DNA of 60,633 nucleotides, filler included, from Perkinsus olseni (Eukaryota): NCBI GenBank assembly GCA_013115125.1. It is 2 parts of 2 records of this genome, joined end to end, with 100 filler letters (N's around TTAATTAATTAA, not from the genome) between each part and the next. Parts side by side here need not be neighbours in the genome. Positions count along the whole stretch, not along the records: positions 1 to 30,280 come from JABANN010000423.1; 1 more part is not named here. One strand, 5' to 3'. Shown piece by piece: positions 1 to 11,081 of this stretch (position 1 is its first letter; each line of letters starts with the position of its first letter). The notes under the pieces were generated by a model. It saw only the letters and a program-made list of their open reading frames with translations, ran no database searches and was not told where the DNA came from. The position numbers and the translations under genes were made by a program.

Positions 1-67
<67 letters not shown>
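1..67. repeat. (ACA)n microsatellite, truncated by the window edge
   Basis: Perfect ACA triplet run from base 1 to about 67. Confidence 0.97.
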
Positions 68-197
68 ACGAAGTTCACCCGAAACAGAGCCTAAAATGGC
101 ATGGTTTCGTGACCATTAACAGCCTACATCGCTACATTGCACGAACAGCAAAGCATGGGGACTGCGCTCTAGAGCTCACACGCTGCACTCTATCAGG

Positions 198-2213
198 CTA
201 TACTTGAAATATCTTATGTCCAAGATGAAACGTAACATTATCAACCAGGATATTCAGCGCGCTACGCCCAGGTGGACTCACTCTTGCCCTTTTCGCCCGC
301 GCCAAAGAAAGCTGCGATGCTGTCGATATCAGAAGTCTTCCCCTCGGCTGTGATGTACTTTTCCTTCTTCTCATCAGCCTGACAGGACACCAAAATGACG
401 GACTAAAACCGCCGACCCACTCACCATCGGCGTTAAGGAGGTTTCTTTCTTCGTTTTCTGTGTCACTGGCGGCGCCTGGACCACCCCAGCGTTGAAATCA
501 ACCCCTGCTGACGAGTCGTACCTGGGAACGACCGCTCGTAAATGGTCGGAAGCTTCCATGAGACCGATCCATCACCGAACTGATTTTATTATGAACAGAT
601 CTATCACGGGAAAATCCCGTCTAGGAGCAATTCGCTCCGAGCGAGGCCAACCGGGAAGAATCACCCCCGCCCAGCGCGCTCCCAATATGATGCTGGATTG
701 AAGCGGCGGTTCCTATTCTACTAAACGTACGGTCATCAACCCCTCGAGTTAGTTCTAGGAAGAGGGCCATCTCGTGAATCAGTCATAGACCGATATCACA
801 ACAACAGCTAATCTCACGCCCGTCCCCTACGAGAACTTGGCCTTCTTCCCCGTAGTGGCCGCACCGTTCGAGTTGCCGGCCACGTTCTCGGATGATGCAG
901 CTGGCATAACACAAATACAACCGGGAGGCCCTTCGGGCATCTCTCCCACCTCCGAAGAAAGCGCTGGGGTCCACTGCGGCCTTTTCATTCACTGGCGAGC
1001 TCTTCGTGCTGCTGCCGTGCTGACTGGCCAGACTCGACTTCCCCTTCGCCAGGAACGCAGCCATCGCGTTACGTTCACCAGCGAATTTCGGGTTTTCACC
1101 TAAAGGTACCATCGTCATGTAATTCGCCATGGTCAACCTTGCATACGCTTCTTTCGAGTAGCTTTCTCGGGCGATCCATCCCCACCATCCTCCTCCAGGT
1201 CCTTCTTCTTAGAGGTCCTGCGCTTCTTCTTCGTCGTCGCGTTGGCCACAGAGGTGTCAGGCGATGAGCCATTAGAAGCCCCCGACGCCCGCCGCTTGCG
1301 TTTGTCCTGCCAAAACCTTCAGTCACTCCCCTGATAAAGGACGGAGCATCACCTTCATCCGCTTCGCCATCTTCCTCTCTACCGCCTCGTCTTCCTGCAT
1401 TTGCTGTTTGAATTGAAGTGCTCTCTGACGAGCAAACACATCATCAAGCATCAACGGTTCAACGCGTCGCTTGCGAAGAACCCAAGAATTACTATCAAAT
1501 GGCGAACCACGCCGAGGCGCCAGCAGAACAGACGAACCCAACGGGAGAGATTGCACCCGCTTGATAGATCTCTCTGAGAGTTGCCTTCCGACACATCAAG
1601 CTCAACTCTAGAGCGAGCTTGCACACCCACACTGGTTCCCATCACCAGCGAATGACGCCGGGACGATATTTTCACTGCAGTCAAATTGATCGCTAACTCA
1701 CGAAAATCACAATAACCATCTGTAAAATCATTAAGAGTGTGCAAGGTTGGAGCCACTGGCTTCAAGCCACCCAGCCCCGTCGAGGCCTACAGGATCGGTG
1801 TCCTTCCCGCTGTCCTCATCCTCTACGAAGGCGTCTCCTGCTCTCTCGAGATGGCCGGCCTACCAACAGCTGCCCAGTTGGAAATTTTTCACCGAACGAG
1901 AAGATGTACGAGCACATCAAGGAGAGCCCAATTGAGCCAGTTTGGCGTTGGACCATACACTCACTGTGAGTGACTCACACACGCAGGGAGATTCCGCCGG
2001 TTAGAAAGGAGCGACGGGGAAAACCGAGAACAACGCTAGTGAAATGGGGGTTTTCGCAATACATCAAGCTTCGTTCTTTTCTATTGTGGTCGGGCCAGTA
2101 GCATTAAATTGAAGGACACAGACGAGACTTGAGGAAACCTCTCTCACCTTTTTCTTCCGTAATAACCTCTTGCCCACTTTGGGTGATTCATCCAGGGACA
2201 CCGGTGATGACAT
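198..2213 (-). CDS. Hypothetical multi-exon protein; boundaries uncertain
   Basis: Chain of minus-strand open segments with GT..AG-like boundaries (MSSPVSLDESPKVGKRLLRKKK..., LHTLNDFTDGYCDFRELAINL, LRKRRVEPLMLDDVFARQRALQFKQQMQEDE). No recognised family. Confidence 0.3.
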
Positions 2214-2331
2214 CTTGAAAAAGTTCACCGCTGGAGCCAACCCATACCAACTCTTTCACAACTCCTACGCAACGCCACTGAGCATGCAGGAAGCTAGGAA
2301 GTATTAGTCTATTTACGTTGAGCAAGGACCG

Positions 2332-5003
2332 TCAGTGTCTAGCCATGGCGGCTTCAGTAGAGGACACCATCTTCCCGTATGCCGTTTCCACCTCTCTCGC
2401 GTGCTGCTTCGAGTCACACAACGGTCGCTCAACCATCAACTTTCGCAGTTCCCTCCGCCATCTCTCGAGGCCATCAGCATCGCCCGCGAGTTCCTTAGCC
2501 TTCTCCACGTACTCCCCCTCAGTAGCAGCAACAGTGGCCCTTTCGTAGTCCCGACCGACCGCCCTTGCAAGGCTAGCGGTGACCCTCTGGGCATGGCAAG
2601 CTCCCTTAGCCGCCAGCGTCACCACCGGAACCCCCATCAACATAGCCTCAACACTGGTAGTGGTCCCAGCGTAGGGCCAAGGGTCGAGGCACACATCGAT
2701 CTCGCCGTACATGCCCAAGTGCGTTGAGGTCGAAGGAGTCATCCCGACCAGGTCCAGCCTGCTCGAGGATATCCCCTCCGCGCCGAAGAGTCTTCTCAGT
2801 CTATCGACTGCCACAGCCGAGGCCAGAGCCTTCGATTTCAGTAGCAGCCGGGCGTTCGGAACTTCCTTCAGGATCCGCGACCAGACTCTAACCGTGCCAT
2901 CAGACAACTTCGCAAGGGTGTTGAAACTCCCAAAGGTGATCGTACCGCCCGTGCGCCGCTGAGGGGCTTCTAAGGCGCACTCAGGGGCGCTGGCCGGAGG
3001 AGTATAGCACAGAAAACAGCGAGGTAGCCGGAGGAGCTTCTCACTATAACCCTCGCCCGAGGCCCTCACAGGATCCGTCACGTCGTCCACCAGTCGGAAG
3101 TCCATGTTAGGCAGACCAGTCGTGTTAGGATAGCCAATGTAAGTGACAGTACATCGAGCTGGCTTCACGGCAAAAACTAGGAGACGGTTGTTGCCCGAGT
3201 GGCCCGCCAGATCCACCAGTACGTCGACCCGATCATGCCAAATCTGTCGACAAAGTTGCCGGTCGTCCATCTCGTGGACGTCCCTCCACTTCCACTGGGA
3301 ATGCCTCTCAACAGACCCCCTCAGTCTAGCGGTGACAGCATCATTTATGGCGGAGTCGTGGTAAGCATAGACCTCGACCTTGCTGGGGTCGTGAGAACGG
3401 AAGAGACCGTCTACGAAGTAACTGACCGAATGACCTCTGAAATCGGGAGAGACATATCCAACTCGGATCTTTCCGCCTTCTGCAGGGTCAGCTCTCGTCT
3501 CCTCTCCCCCGAACAAGGCATTCCTGTCAAGCTCCTTATTCACACGAGCAACGACAGAGTCCCCCCACTGGCAGTGTTCTCGGGCCACCCACAGACCGCC
3601 GTCCCTTTGAGGGAGGTAGTTCAGGCTCATCAGTCTACTGTGGGGCGCATGACGATGGTCGGGCTCCAGGCGAAGGCAGTCCTCGAAGGAAGCGATGGCC
3701 GATCGCGTCAAGCCAATATCACGCAAGAAGATGCCCGCTGTATTGAAGGCCTCCGCCTCTCCCGAGATCTTGCACAAATTCACAGCCCTCTCCAAGTCCC
3801 GGCCAGCCACGCCGTAGACAGCACCGAGTCTGTGCCGGTAGTCCTTGTTACCCGGGTCCAAGTCAACTGCCTTCACCATGGCCGTCTTGCAGTCCGCCCA
3901 GTCATCAAGCAATCTGTAGCACTCCGCCTTAGCTGCCCACAAGGCCCCTTTCACAGGGTCCGTGACACGGCCGTCCAGCTCCACCAAGGCGATGGCCGTA
4001 CCCAAAGCCGGCAGTTCCCTGGCGAAGTCGCCTTGTCGATGCAGCATCGCGGCTCTCGCCTGGAAGACCCTGTAGTAGTCAGGGGCCAGCTGATAGGCCT
4101 CCAGCCACGTACCCTCTTCCTCCTTCATCAACAATGTCTCGGCCAAGTCTCTCGAGATGGTCTCTATGCTTCTACTGAACTCCGAAGAATTACCATCACT
4201 CGCCAACAGAGCGTCCCGGTGTTTATCACGGAGGCACTGTAGAGCCCGTCGGAAGGCCACCACGGCATCATCGACGTTCCCGGCCTCTCTCCTCAGTATA
4301 GCAATATTATTGAGCGCTTGAACGTGGTTTGGGTCCAACTCCAGCACCCTCAAATAAAGCCGGCAAGCCTCCACTGGATCAGACGTGACGACCGCCAGAT
4401 TGTAAAGCGCTGGACAACACTTCGGATCGGCTTCGATGGCATTCAGAAGGGTTTTCCGAGCCACCGTGGCATCGCCAATACTCAAGGCCTCGTCCGTCAA
4501 GCACAGAGCAGTCAGCTTCCCAAACCGCTCCTGATAGCGTTGGGAGAGGATGCGATCGTGGACAAGGGCCTCTTGGATGACCTCCAGGGCCTTCATGTAC
4601 CGACAAGTCGCGTGGTAGTGCTGCGCAAGGTAATAGGAGGCAAGCAAACTCCGGCCAGCACGATGGAGGTCGACCAATGGACGGACGAACTCATCGGCGT
4701 TGATCGGCTCGAGGGCCCTCAGCGTCAAGTAGCGAGCGACGACTGCCACGTCTGGCTGAGGCCGGGGTATTCGCTCGAGCGCTGCCAAGGCCTCGGTGAA
4801 GGCTTTCCGAGAATAATGAAAACAGGCGGATTTCTGAAAGAAAAGCCGGTGGAAAAGGCGGAGCGAAGCAGATAACGTACCAGTGCTCGCTCAGTATCTG
4901 CGGACAGGTCTGCGGACAGGTCTGCGGACAGGTCTGCTGTATTTACATCGGGGTCTGATAATATGGCATCGAATTGGTCCTTGCCGGTGAATTGAGAAAA
5001 CAT
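2332..5003 (-). CDS. SPY: SPINDLY-family (GT41) TPR-containing protein O-fucosyl/O-GlcNAc transferase; 2 exons (5003-4881, 4833-2332)
   Basis: TPR repeats followed by SPY catalytic motifs RVGYVSPDFRGHSVSYF, DVLVDLAGHSGNNRL, TYIGYPNTTGL, FGSFNTLAKL and LDPWPYAGTTTSVEA. A 47-nt GTACGT..TTTCAG intron (4880-4834) joins the ATG at 5003 in frame. Confidence 0.92.
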
Positions 5004-5806
5004 AGGGAAGGCAGGCCACGACTGAAGGGGCAAGGTTACTCGTACGAATCCTAAATTGCAGGAAAATTCCCAGAAAATTCTCATCTCGGAGGGGAATAAT
5101 TTCACGAAGTCGTCCGGTGGAACTTCCTAGCGACTTCCAGACCAACCAGAAGCCGTTACTTCACATCTCCCATGGTGAAGATGAACACTATCATGTCACT
5201 CGCCGCTCAACAATGGAGCCTGGCTGAATTCTCGGGTCTCAGGTGACGGGTTAGTGGTACTCAGTGGCGACTCCAAGAGCAAAAAGGTAAGAGGGGCTTT
5301 TACGGTCCTCGAAGATGCACTGATTCGGTTAATTACAGCGGTTTAGGGGTAAAGGCATTCCACGAGCTTCCAAAGACACTAAAAGGGCCATCCAGTGATC
5401 CATACGAATGAACAACGCTCCTAAGGCCTGCTGGGCACTTTCCAAGGCGAAAGTCAAGACACGAGTACTGTGTACCGCCCGAACACTACAAAACTGAGGA
5501 CTCCGATATTGAAGGGATACGATCGACGTTCTATCGGGAACGCCTGATGCCACGAACATGTCCGTCTCGCTCCCTACGGTAGGGTAGTTAGAGATGACGC
5601 GACCGCAATGGCGATTTCGGTGCAGTTCCCGGTCCAACTCGACAGAAAGAATGAGACAACTAAACATCCTGAGTAATAGTATTCGATATCACAGTAACAC
5701 GGCCGCATTTGATGGTAGGTGTTAGTCGTCCTTCCTGAAAGCGGAGAATGCTCTCACCGGGAATCGAACCCGCGACCTATGCACATCACCGACTGGTGAA
5801 TACCAC

Positions 5807-7573
5807 TCACTTCGAAGCTTCCACGGGTGTAGCTTTCGGCTGTGCGAGCGTCCAGTGGATAGCCGCGCCCGCAAGGACCAGGCCAATCGCTACTATTTGA
5901 TATTGGTTTATAGAAAATCCCTCCACGGGTTCGTATGTCCGGAAATCTTCTATGAAGAATCTGAAAGAAAAAGTATCCGCAGGGGCATCACAAGGTTACT
6001 TTCGAGTTAACCAACACGCGCAGACGCAAGTCGGCTGCCATCACGGACACCGTACCCGCCTAGAGGCACATTCTCGGCTCTTACTAGGTGCAGCCCCCGA
6101 TAGACTGCGCCATCTTCGACACCTTGGTGGCTCGTGATACGGGCCGTATTCTCTTAAAATTGTGTCTTCGGAAGATTCCGCGTTAAGGAATTACAAGAAG
6201 TTGCCTTGAAGTTGTTGTTAACTAATTCTTGCAACACCCTCCACAGCGCCTTACCGTGTAAGACCGAGGAGCATGAGCATATCCGAGGTCTGTGTCCACG
6301 TGGGGGCGTCCCTCTTTCGTCTACTCCACAACACCGCGGCGACCGAACCGGAAGTTACCATCTCGTACAATGGGGTTGGGTGGACGGCTAATAGGCAGTC
6401 ACCATTAATGTAGACATCACCCCATCGCTTACGAGTGAGAGTCGGGACCAGACCGTTGGGGAAGCTCATCGCCCAGGGCACTTCGGTCGGGTAGCCGTAG
6501 CAACCGTCGCCAGACAGGAAGCAGCCTAGTTTACCTAAGAACCATGCCAGTCAACACGGTGCACTTCTCCTGCTGCCACGTCGAAGATTTCCGCGGCAAC
6601 CAACCACAGTTTCAAGAATCATCCAACCGAACTCATGATGGCATCAGGACCATGACGATCTGTTGCCCCGCAGTCCTCGCACTAAACACGCTGTTCAAGG
6701 ATGAAGCAATGCGGAAGGGGAAGCAAGGCAGCAATGATAGCGGAGAGTTACCGATAGCATGTCCGAGCATCAGCAGGGGAGCTAACATGTCCAGCATTTT
6801 GCCAACAGATTCATGACACCAATACCGAGTGTACCTGCAACGGACTGAGAGGACGGTCGACTGAGCACGGGTGCTCACACTGTAGTATCAATTATCCCTC
6901 CTATCAGGCCGCCCTGGAAAGACAGACCTGCGAGGACAATGCGGGAATCTACCACCACAGCAGGCCCTCTCACCTACCCGTATTAAGAGCAAACAACGCA
7001 CTGTGGTCCCAAGTCAAGGCGTAGTGTATCCGAGCTCCAATCACCCCACCAACCATAGCGCATATAAGAAGCATGGACGGGTCGATCTGTTACATGGGAA
7101 AGCTGGAGAGGAACAGCCCACGAAATATCCATGAGCTACCTTGAGCTGCATTCTCGTGATCTCCTTCTGGCCCAGGGAAAATGTGGCCATAAATGCAGTA
7201 GCCATGCAGAGACCATAGACGTAGATTTTCAATCCTAGGAAGGCAGCACGATGAGTTTCTTGAACTTCTACGATCAGGAAGATAATCACCCCGAAATTGG
7301 ACAAGAAATAATAAGAAACCATGCAGCACTAAAGGCTTGCAGATGCGTAAGTGCAAACGGAACTCTCGCCGAATGAGTCCGAATGACTCTCGTCGAGTTA
7401 TGTGAGCCGCTATAAGCATACATTCAATAACTGGGACGACAGCAAGCAAGCTTAAGACAGTCATCAGAGACGGACACGGGTTGCTGCAGCTTCACTGCGT
7501 TGAAGCGAAAAATACCAGACTTACCAAAGACAGTGAATAACACCGGCCGGACAAATTCAGCAGTAACAGACAT
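5807..7573 (-). CDS. lgt: Prolipoprotein diacylglyceryl transferase (Lgt)-like protein, paralog 1, spliced (~8 exons)
   Basis: Exons join to MSVTAEFVRPVLFTVFG|LKIYVYGLCMATAF...|...GGVIGARIHYAL...G|LSFQGGLIGG...|...LDMLAPLLMLGHAIG|KLGCFLSGDGCYGYPTEVPWAMSFPNGLVPT|..VHPTPLYE...LGLTR|FFIEDFR...NQYQIVAIGL. All Lgt motifs occur in canonical order. Confidence 0.88.
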
Positions 7574-8000
7574 CAAACTAGGAAGGAACTTTAAGACTTG
7601 CGGCAAACGGTACTCGGCACCCATGGCGGCGATACGGTCTGGACTGATCAGCCACCGGCTCCTGGAAGAGAAGAGAAACCAGCCTTCACGGGATGGGACT
7701 GCGGCATCCGTTCTGTCGATGCCTCCGACCCTATCAACACAACCATCGGGGTATGACAGCATTCGACATATCTCGACACTATCGGGCGGAAGGCCGCGAA
7801 GGCTTCATCAAAGCTTATAGGCACTCGAGCTTCAGCACGAAGCCTGTAAAATTGCGGTGGTGAGCCGCTCTCAGGGCCAGCGCCGTTAGTTCGTCTTCCT
7901 GAAGGAGAAGAGCTGAGGGAACATTTCCAGGCCAGTTCGGGGATGCCCGTAGCTCATCGATCAACGGGAACCTCGAACGGTAGCATCAGCCAATTGTTCC

Positions 8001-10393
8001 TCACTTCGCCCGTGCTTTCTTCTTAGATTTGTTCTCGGCTTCCGAAGAGATCCATCCACGATTGATCGCCAATTTCAATATCAGACCGGCCAGTATAAAA
8101 CATAAAGCCACCACTTGATACTGACTGATACCGACACCTTCCAACCTGTTATGTCCACGATATCTCTCCACGAAGAACCTGAATGCGACTCGCATCGAAG
8201 ATACAAGCTAGAGAGGGAAACTTGGTAACCTGGTGGATCCGAGCAGAACGAATAAGTCAGAGATCAGAGCCCAGGTAACAGCTTCACGCTGCTTCCTCCT
8301 AGCCCATAATATCAGTCCAACCCCACCCGAGGTTATCATCTCATACAGTGGGGCTGGATGGACGGCTGAAGATATCCGAATACAAGATAGGATGAGCACC
8401 GTCCCGTAGCTCACCCATGGTAGTCGGGACCAGTCCGTTGGGGAAGCTCATAGCCCACGGGACATCAGTGGGGTAACCGTAGCAGCCATCACCCGATATG
8501 AAGCAACCAATTTTACCTGAAGGGAGGAGGTAATGTCGCACAGTTCGGAACATTTTCTAGAAGAATTCGTCAATGGTCATACGAGTTCGCTACTCTCAAT
8601 GGGCGTACCCCATGCAATCCAACACAGAAAAACTAGATCGAATCGATGTCAATATAACGTTACAAGTTATGATTTATAACGAGGTCCCCGCCTTTAAGAG
8701 TTCCCTGGAACAACGCTTCTTGGATCAATACCCTTGAAAGCTGGTATAACGGTCATGAGAACAAGGTAGTTGATGTTAGAGAAGCCCTTGAATATGTCTG
8801 TTAGCGGCACATCGTAGGTGACGAGGTTGTCCAACGCTTGGTGCCGAACATTCCTGTCGTAGTCCACAGCTAAGTGCGAGTTGGTAGAAAAGCCAGCGCC
8901 GGATCTTCTAGGTTGTGAAGGGAAGATAGCGAAGGTCTAAAATTCAACCTTTCAAAATTTGAAACTCGAGGACCACGACCGGACCGAACCCCTTTTAACT
9001 TGTCACCAGAACATTAGGCAGGCCGCATGCTGCTCGGCAAAGCTCGTACAGAACACCTGCACTGGACCGGTCCACGGGAGTCTCCAAGCTGCCCATGAGG
9101 TCTGAGATATCCTCCGGATGTGTGAATCCGAGGTCGGCCACAGTGTCAAAACCGGCCTGGACAACTACTGCTTATATGCTGTCGATAATATCGCTGCACC
9201 ATCAGATATCCATAGCTTATGTAACAATATATCAAATGGGGGATCACATCTGTAGATTTATGTAACACAAATTGTGCTTAGAAAATTGTATCGCCGAAAC
9301 CGACAGGCCGCGGCCGTGCTCAAAGCCGAAACCGGCAGGCCGCGGCCGTGCTCAAAGCAAGAAAGTTCCCAAAGGGAACTCAGGGGGCGACTTGCCCGGG
9401 CTAGGTTACCAGTCGCTGCGATATAAGATGAGACGCGATGACCAGGAACCTCCGCAAGATACGATCCTGGCAGGCTTAAGCCCCTAAGGCTCATCGAGCT
9501 TTCGAACTAAGCCTCGAACAGTTATGGTTCAAAGACCTTCTTTGAAAGAATATTTTCATGGTAGAACGTTACCTATGGCGTGGCCTATGAGCAGAAGGGG
9601 CGCTAGTGTATCCAGCATGCGACCGATAGACTCCTTGCAGTACAGCTTAGTGTAACTGAACAACGCAGCGATTACCAGGCAGGCCGGTCCGAACTACTTG
9701 GCTACCCTGTCGTCCCGACGATACCACCGAGCAGACCGCCTTGAAATGAATGACCTGCACGAGAAGGGCAACATCGAATCCGCCGGGAGTACGCGGAGGG
9801 CCTCACCAGTGGACATATCCCAAAATGAGACGCTACTTGAACTGTTCCAAGTGAGCATGTAATGCAATCGAGAGCCGAGGATTCCTCCAATCATAGCCGA
9901 CAGCAGCAGTGCCGAGGAGTCGATCTAAAGCGACTCCGCGCTGCAGCTCCGGGACCAAGTCCTAGACGGGTCGCCTCGCCGCTATCTTACTTTCAGCCCT
10001 TTTCTTCTGAGCTCACCGTCGCCGAGGAATAAGGCCGACAGAAATGCCAACGCCATACACAAACCATAACCATAGACTGGCTGACCTGACAGGGAATCCC
10101 AGATCACCTGGGCCATATGAGGTACGAGCGTGACGATGACTCATCGTCGATGAGATATATAACAATGGAGTGAGACCGATATCGAGGATAACTGCACCAC
10201 AGGCAACCATATGAGCTCATCATCCGAACTTCGGATTCCGAAGCCAACTGCACAGTGCCTCTCGCTGCGGGTCTTTCCACGTCAGGAGATCAAGGCCATG
10301 CGACCGTTACGAGTAAACGACGGGCACAAAGAAGTGAGTACTACCGAATATGGTAAACAGGACAGGCCTGGCAAAGTCGATGACGATGGCCAT
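8001..10393 (-). CDS. lgt: Lgt-like protein, paralog 2, spliced; 1056-nt intron at 8517-9572
   Basis: MAIVIDFARPVLFTIFG|QPVYGYGLCMALAF, GGILGSRLHY, SFQGGLLGG, LDTLAPLLLIGHAIG|KIGCFISGDGCYGYPTDVPWAMSFPNG, VHPAPLYE, RFFVERYRG. Intron positions match paralog 1 where checked. Confidence 0.88.
9293..9358. repeat. 32-bp tandem duplication inside the Lgt2 intron
   Basis: gccgaaaccg(a/g)caggccgcggccgtgctcaaa occurs twice, starting at 9293 and 9325. Confidence 0.9.
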
Positions 10394-11081
10394 CTTTGAA
10401 CAAACAAAGCGAACTGGACCTTGACGTGGACCATCAGGCGCATGAGCCAGTTTTGGAGCCTGGGAGGAGCCTTACTGCCAAAAGCAAGATTCCATCACCA
10501 GAAAAGCGATGAATTCAGAATACGGATTGACCAACAGTGCCTTCACAAATCAAGGCTCCCAGGGTCTCTGCCTGGAGAGGCCACCCTCCCGACATAGTTT
10601 GTCGGAAAAACCACGATATATCGCACGCCCCACTCTTCCAAAAACTCTGAAGAATGCCGAAGCACGAGCCAACAGGATGTGGAGAACGACACTCGAGACT
10701 CTCGAGTCCAGAGAGACATTCACGACATTCGCGGCTCCAGGTCCACCGGCATGCATCTTTCTCCGTCACAATGTCAGGCTGACATACCCTGCGCCCTCCA
10801 CCCTCACTAAATCCAAGCCCGCACTGCGGAGAAAAGGCACTCCATGCTAACAACCATGCTGCTGCCGCAGTGCCATGCTGTGCAGAATCAGCATGACCCG
10901 CTCGGCACCGTTACATCATCGCCAACACCAAATCAATCCTTCTTCCTGAAAGACACGACCAGCGAGATAGCTAGGCACAAGGATATACCCTAATTCACTT
11001 AGACCAACATGACCAGATGATTCTTGATAGAGATCAGGGCGAGTAAAAACAAGACATATGACCATCGCTATTATGCCCTTC

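Noticed and set aside
3199-4875. Long plus-strand ORFs (347 aa, 185 aa)
   Set aside because: Antisense shadows of the GC-rich SPINDLY coding sequence; no motifs.
4898-4937. 12-bp tandem repeat (ctgcggacaggt x3)
   Set aside because: Simple in-frame coding slippage (ADLS x3) in SPY exon 1.
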